DNA from: Proteromonas lacertae
Lineage: Eukaryota
Length of the DNA: 42,767 nt
Direction of reading: 5' to 3'
NCBI GenBank assembly: GCA_002245135.1
Contig: NGBS01000017.1
Location: 124,001-166,767, forward strand
Part shown: positions 14,101 through 25,598 of the stretch, in pieces
Numbering within the stretch: position 1 is the first letter of the stretch
Layout of the letters: every line of letters begins with the position of its first letter
The notes under the pieces: generated by a model
Told to the model about the DNA's origin: nothing
Database searches by the model: none
The model's input: the letters and a program-made list of their open reading frames with translations, nothing else
Position numbers and translations under genes: made by a program

Positions 14101-17100
14101 TCCATCTTCATCATCTTCTTTTACTACTTTACTGCCTCTCTTTAGATACATTGGCATTGAAAATCTGTTATTTGAATTAAAATGGATTTTACCTAATACT
14201 GTATCTGATTCATGATCATATAAAGCATCTTTTATTCCTCTAAATGTAACTTCAGAGTTTCTAGAACAATCAGAAACTAAGTTTGCAAAAAGAAAACCTC
14301 TAGCAGTTGATTTACTAATAACAGGAATATAAGCAAATAATGAAGTAAATGTAGCTTTTATATCAGAATAAAGTTGATTTGATTCATCTTCAGCAAACGT
14401 ATCATAATAATAAGTTCCAACAGCTGCTTCACCTAATTTATAAATATCTAAATCACCCATATTTAAACACAAAACAGTATAAAGTGCGAATAACTGAGAT
14501 TGATGTAAAGATTCTATAAATGAAGACTTACTTACACCTTCTAACATTGAAACAATCAATGCACCATCTGGAGATAATCTTTCAATATAACTGACTGCTT
14601 CACTCATATCTTTGTTTTCTAATGGGAATTGTAAATATACTTCTGGTATAATATTGAAAGTATTTAAATCATACTTGAGTTTTTCAGCATAATAGTTAGA
14701 ATAAATAGTATCAGAATATAATAGAATCACTTTACCTGGATTTAACTTCATTATTGTTGGAACTAATGTATAATAAGTTGGATATCCAATTCCACCATAA
14801 AATCCATTTTCATGACATTCATTTGCTTCATAATCACGTGGGTAAAACAATAAACTATTCGTCTCAACAGCAGCTTGATGTAACACATCTCTTATATCTG
14901 AAGTCCATCCTCCGAAGAATAAAAACATATTATATCTCTTTGCATAATCAATCAGTATACTCCTAGTTTCATTTAATGTAGTTCCTTCTACAATAATAAG
15001 CATATTTGCAGAAGTTCCTTTTATTCCACCATTTTCATTGATATGAACAAATGCAGCATAAACAGATTCAAAAAATAGAACACCATCTGCTAAATACAAT
15101 CTATTCTTAGGAATGACAATACCAATTCTAGTAAATGGAGCTTCAAATTGATCAACTTTTCTATCTTTCCAATCACAGATAATATAATTTTGTCTATTTA
15201 ATGTAACACGATATGTTTCTCCTCTCCAATCTCTACTTACGTATTCTAATAGTTGAGTATCTCCATCTTTATTGATTGTACCAAAGAATATTGTTTGCGC
15301 AACATGATTACCAGAATCAACAGCTATTTTACCCATCACTGATTCTATTTCAACTTTATAAATAGAATCGAACAATTGAGTAGTATTATCATAATTAATA
15401 ACTGAAGAAAACAATGACAAAACCCATGCAGTAGAATCATATATTAAAATATCAGAATAGGTTGGTTGTGAACCACCAGTTAATTGATTATATAATTCTT
15501 TAAACTCAACATTATGTTTATCAGATGGATCATAAATATCAGAAGTGTAGATATAATGACCTTCAGAATGAACAGCTGGTTCAAATTTACGATGAGTATC
15601 ATCGATTAAATAGATTGTATATGTCTCTGCAATGTTTATTGTATCTCCATATTCTTCATTGAAATATTCATAAAAATATTTGAAAAACATCTCAGAATTT
15701 TTCTTTTGTAGCATTACCAATATTACTCCTCCATTTGGCAATACATTCTCAAATATTCTACATAATCCAATTACTTGTAATCTTATATTAGTTTCATCTT
15801 TAGTAATATCAAGTTCAGCAGTATGTAATAATTCTATTTTCATCTCATTAAATACAGAATTAATCAAATTAACTCTATTTTTATAAATCTTGTTATTAGA
15901 ATGGACAAAAGTGAAATCTCGAATTGATTCTCTCATAAACAAATGGAATAGATATGGAATAACATCTTGAGATGGTGATGTTGACATATATATAGTTCTT
16001 TGGGAACAATCTTCACCTTCATTAAAACCAGTATAAACTAATAACAAACTTAACGCTTCAATTGTTGGTTGCATTGCTTCTCTTGATGTTGGGTTACAAC
16101 CGCCAATAAATACTTTAAATCCTCTTTTATATAATGTGATTAATACAGAAGCAGCTTCTTTTTCTGTTGTTGGACAGTCATAAAGCTCTGAAACGACTGT
16201 ATTTCCATTAATTCCACCATCATAATTGATCTGTTCTATTTTAGATAAAGCTAAAATGTATTTATTAAAACCATCATCACTAAAATCTAAGAAATATGCA
16301 ATTTTGATTGGATTATATTCTCCTAATTTACCAGAATCACCTGTTTTATATGAAACAGTCATATATTTCATATCATTTTCAACAAAATAATATGGATAAG
16401 GCATTATTGGAAAGACAGTATTAACTACAAGTTCAAACTTATCATAATCAACACATTTCAATATCTTAGAATATGAACTTGCCCAATTAGAAGTAGTTAT
16501 TTTCCTTTTTCCTGAAGGAGAATCAATTTCAACCAAATATAATTGGTTGATTATTTCATCTGAATTTAAAACTTGAATATTTGGCACAACAGCTTTTAGG
16601 AATAAGAATATATCATACATAAATACACCTTCAGTTGTAACTAATGTTTCTTGTCCTTTATAACCTGTTATATCACTTAACATCTTTTTATTTGCAGGAG
16701 TTTCACTGAATCTATAATACGAAATAATACCATAAGCATTTCTGAAATTATCATCATAATATGAATGAGTTCTATAATCGAATATGAATAATGGATAAGT
16801 TGTATTATCAATTGATTGATTATTATATTTTTCCACAAAAGTTAAGGTATAAGGATCAGTGAATAAAAACAAAGCAAATTTATCACTGTTTGAAGTTTCT
16901 GTTTTGATTTCTTTTGCTATATCTTCAGCATTTGTTGAATTTAGTTCTTTAATGAATAATATATCTCTTTTGAAATATGTACTATAAGCTTCTAATAATG
17001 CAAGACGATTAAGATTCAAACTATATATTATATAAATATATAAATATAAATACTCAGTTGTTACATAAACAATACCAATTTGATTATATCTCGTATAAGC

Positions 17101-19954
17101 ATAATATAATGGAATAGAAACAGTTTGATGAGGTAAAAATGCCATTTGAATAATGAATTTATAATTTCCATTACCTTCTGGTGCACTAATTGCAAATATA
17201 ATCACTCCCAATTCTTCGGTTTTCTTATAAACTGCTTTTCTTTCAGCTTTAGTATCAGTACCAATGAAGCATAATATATTATCATATCTCTTTACATATT
17301 TTTCATATATTCCTGCAATTGTTGTTGGATCTCCTTTATATTCTGTTTGTAGCACAACTAAATCTCTTCCATTTATTCCTCCATCTTGATTGAATAAATC
17401 AATATTCAACTGCAATGTTTGTAATCTTGCCTTACCTGCATCAGTTGATAAATCAAATAACACACCAATATAATAGAAACTATAGGTTGATACTCCATTC
17501 TTATCTAAATAAATAATAATGAATATTTAATTATATATATACTCTTCTTCCAATTACAAGTCCTTTCTCCATCAATGAAAGTATTTTCAATTCTGTTAAA
17601 AGCATCTTCAAATACTAACAAAGAAGCACCTGTAGCATTCAATTCAACAATTCTAATTCTTCCTATACCATATCCATTATAATATATCTCAAATGGACCA
17701 GCAATAGCATTTTCTAAAGAATCATGATAAATATATTCCAAATAATCAGAAGGCTTATAATAAGATCTTATCGTTACTGCATTTCCAAATATATTAATCA
17801 TATTTAAAGCTAATCCCATAGCATTAGTAAGAGGTAAATCATATCCACATTGCGCTTTCATATATTCTCTAAATCCAATTAATAAATTATATTCGTTACT
17901 ATCTTTATCATCATAATAATGTGTTAAATATTTCACATTTTCCATTTTATTAAAGCCAATATTTCGTGCAATTGCTTCATTGAGAGTAAATGACAAAATT
18001 GTATAATTCTTATTAGCTACAATATTCTTATTAATTAATCTTTCAAATAATTTAATCTGATAATCTTGAGTAGCAGTTATAATAATAAAACCACTCTTTA
18101 AATAATCCAAAATGTTCTTATCAATCACTTTATCAAGGTAAATATCATCAGTTTGAACTAAATAAGACACTGAAATATCAGTAGTTATATATCCTTCACC
18201 ATTCAGTTTATTAATCAAAGATTCAGTCACTATCCTTCCATAATGATCACCGCTGGAGACGATTACATATTGTGGATTTTCAAATGTATTTAAATATTGC
18301 ACAGTACATTGTATATAATTCATTGCCATTGGATTTACATATATTACATTCTTTAAACATTCATCTCCTTCGCTTGGACTTAGATAGAAGAATTGAAAAT
18401 CTTCTTCTACCAACAGTTTTGCTAATTGCATTCTTTCTTCTGCTGAACATACTAGAATGCCTGAATGAGCATCGAATCTTTCTATATTGTCTATTATTTC
18501 ATCACTTACTTCTCCCATAGTTTTATCATCCATATTGACGAATAATTGTCGAATATGTTTACCTGCTATTCCTCCATTTACATTCACTCTTTCAATCATA
18601 TATAAAAAGAATTCTCTTAGATATCTATTTTCCGAATTTTCAATTCCTTTGATTCTCTGAATAAACATCACTATTAGTGATGAATAATCAGATAATCCTT
18701 CTTTATGATTGAGAGTAAAATTACAAGTTTGATTACCTATTTCACCCATTATATTGGTTGGTTCAAATGATGTTGAAATCGTTATTGTATAAGATGGAAC
18801 ATATGGATCAGATCTAGCACCATCTTTTTGAAATAAATGTTCAGTTGTCGATGTATAGTGATTTTCTAACAGCACTAAATATCCACCAGCATATGGTATT
18901 TGCTTATTATACATTACTGTTAATAAGTCAAGGATATTAGTGGATTTCAATTGGTCTAATGCGTATAATAACATATTCATTATTCCCAATCTATTTACAA
19001 AATAATATAATAAAAATATATTTAAATAATATACATATAAACTTCTTCATATTGATTTTCTGAATTTAAGAAAGATTTATATTTGTTTTGATATTCTACA
19101 CTATATTCATTACTACTATTAAGATATTCATCATAACCTCTTAAATGATAATTCTTTTCATTATTTGCTGCTGTTTCAAATGTACCTTGATCAAACCCAG
19201 AGGTTAATACAATAACTGGATAATCTTCATTATTCAAAGAATATGTATTTACTTTTAAATCTAAAAATTTACTATACATATCTTTATTCCAGGAAGACCA
19301 GTATGTTACAACCGTTTTCTTTGAATCTGTAATGTTCTGAAGGTATTCTTTAAAAACATCTTCAGTTAATTCGATATGATGATAATTTCCCATTTGAGAT
19401 TGACCAAAATAGTATGAAGCTGGAAATATTCTTTCAGAAATAAACTCATCGATTGGTCTACTATCACCTATAAAGCCTACTGCTTCTACTTTTGCTGACA
19501 TGAACTGAGCAACTATTGATTTATATAATCAGATTATTTTCATACGAGTTTCGATATTGTTAATCATTGAATTTCCCATAATAAAATTTTTGGAACATCT
19601 ACCTTCATTGTAAGTGTTTAAACACCAGATAAATATTCCCTTTTCAGTTAGATAGTCATCGACTGTGCTATTCATTACTTCAGGAGTGCAGGTTGTATAA
19701 TAGAAAGACGGCTTAGGATTAGCAACAGCATTAAGAGTTTTAATCAACTCTTCTGGAGAGTCAGCATATTTATACTCTTTGAATTCTATTTCTATATCAC
19801 CACTTGCAGGTAAATGATCAGTCATATATTTATTTACCATATTTAGTCTATTCAGATCATCTGCAGGGTCTACAATTGTTCTAGTGAGATATCCTATATC
19901 TAACTTAAATGAATTTACGGAATATAAAACAATAAATAATAACAACACTTTCAT
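8103..19954 (-). CDS. Giant class C (GABA-B/mGluR-type 7tm_3) GPCR with nine tandem UrtA/AmiC-like periplasmic-binding (Venus flytrap) domains, ~3,870 aa
   Basis: Signal peptide MKVLLLFIVLYSVNS. ORFs 19529-19954, 19022-19501, 17505-18989 and 8275-17463 join in frame through introns 19513-19545, 18991-19034 and 17505-17542. In-frame introns 17021-17053 and 8693-8734 are read through by the ORF track; a probable intron 8270-8306 extends the tail to 8103 (otherwise stop at 8275). IN.xGG(I/L)xG repeats every ~1.18 kb. 7TM motifs: IIKSASPLF, C.IRIW, FSKAWRIHKLF, VRNASAEFNES. Confidence 0.88.
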
Positions 19955-20097
19955 TATAATACAAATTTAAATTATCGTTTCAAAACGACTATAAATACAA
20001 AGTTGTGGTTAATTCGCCACATACCAAATTGATATGTGATAGGGTTATTTTTTAAAGTACAAACAAAAACAAATTGCAATACAAGAAACTGTTATTC

Positions 20098-22323
20098 TTA
20101 TTTTGTAATAGATTCATAATTTCTTATAATTGCGTCAATATCGAATACATTCTTAGTATAACAATCTTCTTTCCTTGTATTTTTTGTTATAAACCCTAAG
20201 TACTCCAGTTCATACACAGCTCTCATAAATCTCAATTTCAACTCTTCCTCTGCCAATTTCGGGATATGATTAGCATATTTATCATGAAAAATGTTATACC
20301 AATCAGATATGTTAATATTTGTATTGCTTTCACCATAAATACTGTATAATATACATCTATCATCCATATAAGATCTGTCATTGATATTTTTACAACATTC
20401 ACATGCAATGTAATACGATGGAGTTTTTAATGCACTAATTAAACTCTCTCTCGGCTTAATTTGGTATAATTTTTGTACATAGCAGGAGTATGGTATAAAT
20501 ATAGATTCATACATCGTAAAATCATATATATTAGGGAATAAGTGTTTTGTAATATTGTTAATTAATTCAATTAGTTGATTTGTAGAAGATGTAACATTAC
20601 CTAATAATAATTCTTTTCTTCCTTCTTTTGTTCTACTTTTTAGTCTTTTTGCCTTTATTTCTTTATTATCATTATCATTATTAATATTATTATCTTTTTT
20701 CGTTGATTTCTCAATTATGGCTAATTGTTGTTTATCTTCATCACACTATTATTATTATTATATATATAAAAATAGAATATACTATATCTAAAGTATTAAT
20801 AACCTTGATAAAACTATCAATTTCATCTTTGGTATAATATTTGATCTTATTTATCATCATAGTATGAAATGATGACTTTAACAATAAATTAATATCCAAA
20901 GAATCTAAATAAATGTTTCTTATATCACTTGGTCTATCAATGGATAAATTTGATTGTTTTAAGAGTTGAATATAAATATTCAGTTTATTTTCTCTGCTAT
21001 TCAAATAATCAAATAGACTATTTCTCCAAATATTCATCTATATATATATAATGATTATTAATTATTATATTATTTATTAAATATATACATTTTGATGTGT
21101 TTTATCTTGGTTTTGAACTGATTCTAAATCTGCAATAATAAATCTAAAATCAGGTGGTAAAGTTGGTTGTAATAAAGTTGAATGTAATAATGGATAATTG
21201 TAATAATGTTCAAATATAATACCTTTCAACTTATTTAAAAATGTATAAATTGATAAATTTGAAACAAAGAACTGATCTATCAAATTATTCAATATTTTGT
21301 AATGAAAAATGAAATGAATATTATTTTGAACGAATAAATATTTAAAAACATCTTCAAATGCAGATATTGAATCAGCAAGATGAATCTTTTTAATTTGAAT
21401 ATTTGAAACGGATGAAAATTGATTAATTATTTTATGATAAAATGTATTTACACCGAAGAAAAGCTTGATTGGAATGTCTTTATTAATGGTAGTGAGTAAT
21501 TCCATAAACTGTAATAACACACTATATGAAACACTTTCTATAAATGGTATAATAATTACAACCCATTTTCTTTTCCTATCATCCTTATTCAGATGATAAT
21601 ATTTCTTTACAAATAAATGAAATGAATTATAGTCATCTACTCGAGGAATTACAGATGGGATATATTTAGATATATTTATAGATGTATTTTTTGATATTGA
21701 ATTGATAGCTGAGGTTTTTCTGAATTTGAATGATGAATTTGGAGTAATATCTGATGATGAAGAATGACTTTGAATTAGCAATGAGGCTAACAGTGATGCT
21801 AATAACTTATCAATTGTTACAGTAGTCTATATAGTAATAACATAATAAAAGAATATATATATATACATCTTTATCAAATATAAAGAAATATGAATCTTGA
21901 TTGGATGATATATATGAAATGAATTGAGATACAATTGTATCATTATCTACTGCATTCATTCCCATATGAACCATAGCAGTTGGTAAATATAAATGTGGTG
22001 TTGGACTATCAAATATTATAAGATATATTATCATACCAATCCAATGGTTTTAAGTAGAAATTATAAATCTCTTGAAATGCTTTATTATTGACAGAACCAT
22101 AAACTCCATTGACTTTCTCTTCAACTTGAGACCAAAATGTCTGAAACGCAGCAATAGCTAATTCATTTAAGTTTTGCTTTTGATTTAGTTGTGAAATTTT
22201 ATTATCAGGTACTTTCAGATCTGTGAAGCATAGAGGGTAATCGCATGCAACAGGCGTAGCTTTCGGATAAAATGTACATGATTCAACAACCTCATCCTCA
22301 TCATCTTCCCATATTTCATCCAT
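20098..22323 (-). CDS. ORC3: Origin recognition complex subunit 3
   Basis: LPTAMVHMGMNAVD, VVIIIPFIES...IPIKLFFGVNT, PRESLISALKTPSYYIACECC, DRCILYSIYGESNTNINISDWY and RFMRAVYELEYLGFI match ORC3 N-terminal and winged-helix motifs. Multi-exon. Confidence 0.85.
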
Positions 22324-22387
22324 TTTAATCAAAATTCAATTACACAAACGAATATATTTTTGAAACAAATACGTTTTTTTTATTTGA

Positions 22388-23512
22388 ATGGCTGAAGCTC
22401 AATATTGTGATGTTAAACCTTTGAGAGATGATGATGATAATGGTGCAACAGTTGCTATTTCTTATGGTAGATATAGATTTGGACAGTTAGCAGATAAAGT
22501 ATGAATATCAATATAGTGAATATATTTAGATTCAAGCTGAAGATGAAGAATTGCGTGAAATGTCTCTAGCAATGTTATGTTCCTATATGAATGCTCCTAT
22601 GCAAATATCAGAAGGAGTTGTTGATGGAGTCGTTCCTGTATAATATAATAATAATTAATATATTTTAAATAGGCTCTAAAAGTAGTATTAGATCATGAAT
22701 CTGCTACAAGCAGAGTGAAAGCTTCTGATGCTTTGAATTCAATATCTAAAGTGCCAATAGGAAGAGTAGCAATAGTAAAACATGAAGTAGTTAAAGTATT
22801 GATTATTCATTTAGATGATTCAAACCCAAAAGTCAAAGAAAATTGTTATCACACATTAATCCACTTAACAGAGAATCAAGCTTCAATCAAACCAGTTTTA
22901 GATTTAAATATTGTAGTTAAATTAATTCAAGTAATAGAAACAGATAAAGTCCAATTCCAATATCTCGCTTTAGAATTACTTGTCAATTGTCAAACCACTC
23001 GAACTAATGAAGCAACACTTCAAGCACTTGATGCAAGAGTTGTACAAGTATGTCTTAAGATTATAGATGAAAATAACCCTAAATTGAAACTACTAGCAGC
23101 TGATAATCTTAAAAAAGCTACTTTTCCATTAGAAGGTAAGCATATATTATTAGACAATAGTGGAATTGAAATATTAATGAAATCTATTGATTATAATGAT
23201 ATACCTTACTGTATTAACATTTTAGCGTGTTTGATGAATCTATATATTCTAAACGATGCAAAAAGAGCCTATGGTAAAAATGATAAGTATGTAGAATGGA
23301 CTAATATACTGACATCTGGTTTAAAACATGAAAATAATATAATTCAATTAAACACAATTAAATTGCTATCAAGCATTACAGTTTGTCCTGAAGTAAAGAA
23401 AATGTTGTTGAAAGATGATACGAGAGATCAATTAGAGAAGATGAAGTGTGATGACGAATTAATGAATCAAGCCTGTCAAACTTTAATTGATTTGATTAAC
23501 TGGAAACCTTAA
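22388..23512 (+). CDS. RSPH14: Armadillo-repeat protein, radial spoke head 14 (RSPH14/RTDR1)-like
   Basis: ATG 22388, N-terminal ISYGRYRFGQLADK, helical ARM repeats (IGRVAIVKHEV, PLEGKHILL) and C-terminal LINWKP*, typical of RSP14/RTDR1. Two short introns precede ORF 22715-23512. Confidence 0.65.
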
Positions 23513-23599
23513 ATTAGTTTGACTATATAATTTCACTTTATTTATATTTAAATATGTTTGTTTGTAATTAATTTGAATTAATGAATATAATTATATTTA

Positions 23600-24356
23600 A
23601 ATGAAATATAATAGTCTTCATAAGTTATTATGTCAATATATGGATAGCACAATAGTTATAGCTCAGGATTGACAAAGATATGTCATTTTACACTAGTACC
23701 CAAACATTCTAGCATGTGTAATAAAGTAGTTTATAATACATATATTTCATTAGCTATGTTTACTTATCATTTGCAAAATATTACTAGACTGCTATTTATT
23801 CAAAGGAAATGGTTCTAAATATATGTTTCTAAAGCTTATTGTAAGTTACTTGATAATAAATAGGTAGGGCAAGACATAATAGTATTTATGTATTTTTGTA
23901 GTTTCATCAAAATAATAAGTCCTATTTAGTTTCGTTTTAGTATGTGCATGTTTAAAACAGAATTAATCTTTAGTTTTACTTTATCGTTACTTTATTTCTT
24001 TCAAGCCTTTTGATTGACTATATCTTTCAAAAAATTTACCGTTTTAGAAATTATATTCAAAATAGTGAAAATTAATTATTTAGGTTTGACATTGCAATGG
24101 AGAATATAAATGTATAATATATGATAATATCATATAGCCACATTCCATCTTAGAATATAATGCTTTTGATCTTTATTTAATCAATACTAGATTTCTTCGA
24201 TCGTGTTACAATGAAGAAACAAATGTAGAAGATTTAGAGTTATTTATAAATCATTATAACAATATTTTGCTAAATACTCCGCACGATGAAGATGTCAAAA
24301 ATGTGCAACTTGAAGAAGAAATTAACAAAAGTATAGAAGAACTACACATTAAATGA
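23600..24356 (+). CDS. Putative multi-exon hypothetical gene (5' exons uncertain)
   Basis: Stop-free last exon 24138-24356 (PHSILEYNAFDLYLINTRFLRSCY...IEELHIK*) follows an intron-like GTATAATA...ATAG; several GT..AG intron-like stretches lie upstream. Confidence 0.4.
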
Positions 24357-24496
24357 GCTTAACATTCTCCATTTAGCAAATTAAATACATTATAATACTA
24401 TTATATTTTTATTAGATATATATTTGTTCATTTCACGTAAATATCGTATTACTATCAAAAACACAACCAAAATATAATTATAAGTATAAATCCAAA

Positions 24497-25483
24497 TTAT
24501 AATTTCACAACTCCACTAACAAGTGCAATCAAAGCCATTCTTACATACATACCATTCTCCATTTGTTTAAAATAAGCAGCATTAGGTGTATCATCAACTT
24601 CTTCTAAGATCTCACCAATTCTTGGTAAAGGATGCATAACAATCATACCAGGTTTAGAAATTTCTAGAGTTTTCTTCGATATAATATATCTGCCTTGATA
24701 TTTCAAATATTCTTCTTGAGTTGGGAATCTTTCTTGTTGAACTCTAGTGACATACAATACATCAGTTTCTTTCAAAATATCTTCAGTCAATTCTTCAGAT
24801 ACATTCTGAGTGATTCCTTTCTCTTTGATTTCATCGAATACACAGGAAGGCATTGATAATTCAGATGGTGATATGTAATTTAATGTAACTTTAAACATCG
24901 ATAATAATCTTGACAAAGAATGAACCGTTCTACCATATTTCAAATCACCTACCATTGTTACGGTTAAACCGTCAAATGTATGATATTGATTGTAGATAGT
25001 ATACATATCTAATAAAGCTTGACTTGGATGTTCTCCATCACCATCTCCAGCATTAATTACTGGTTTGGGGGTATATTGTGATGCCAAATCAGCAGCACCG
25101 CGTTGTGGATGACGTAATGTTATTATATCACAGTAATTTTCTAAACATCTCACAGTGTCTTGTAATGTCTCTCCTTTTTTAGCTGATGATGTTTCTGCAC
25201 CAATTTGAATTACATTACCACCCAATCTCATCATAGCAGCAGCAAATGAGGAAGATGTTCTTGTTGAAGGTTCTAAAAACACATTTGCCATTATTTTTCC
25301 TTCCATAAGTTTGCATGAACCGCATGTCTTTACGATATCTTTCATTCTATCAGCTACAGTCAATACATCGAACAGCTTCTCTACATCGAATTGTTTTACG
25401 CATAAAACATCCAATCCTCTCCAAGCAATAAGATGACGTTTTGTCTATAAAAATATAAACATTTATTCATTTAATACATCCAT
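24497..25483 (-). CDS. pyrB: Aspartate carbamoyltransferase, stand-alone catalytic chain
   Basis: FLEPSTRTSSSF, KKGETLQDT, RHP, INAGDGDGEHPSQALLD, VGDLKYGRTVHSL, YVTRVQQER, MHPLPR. Two-codon first exon (ATG 25483) followed by a short intron. Confidence 0.96.
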
Positions 25484-25598
25484 AATACCAATTTCAAAAT
25501 AACCCCCCAAAATAATAAATCGATTTTTTCGAACCAACAAAATCCAAACATCTTTCAAACCCAGAAGAGTGATTTTTCTATTTTGTGGTTGATCCAGA

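Noticed and set aside
17021..17053. Hydrophobic YLYLYIYIIYS stretch, and IIIIIINLFYLN at 8693-8734, suggesting extra transmembrane segments in the GPCR
   Set aside because: Both are in-frame GT..AG introns (33 and 42 nt) translated by the ORF finder.
8275..19954. Bacterial contamination or an ABC-transporter operon as the source of the solute-binding repeats
   Set aside because: The repeats lie in one intron-containing frame fused to a eukaryotic 7TM domain, between XPB and ORC3, with host-like composition.
3444..22323. Functional cluster of DNA-metabolism genes (EME1, XPB, ORC3)
   Set aside because: Unrelated genes are interspersed; three such genes in a dense window is compatible with chance.
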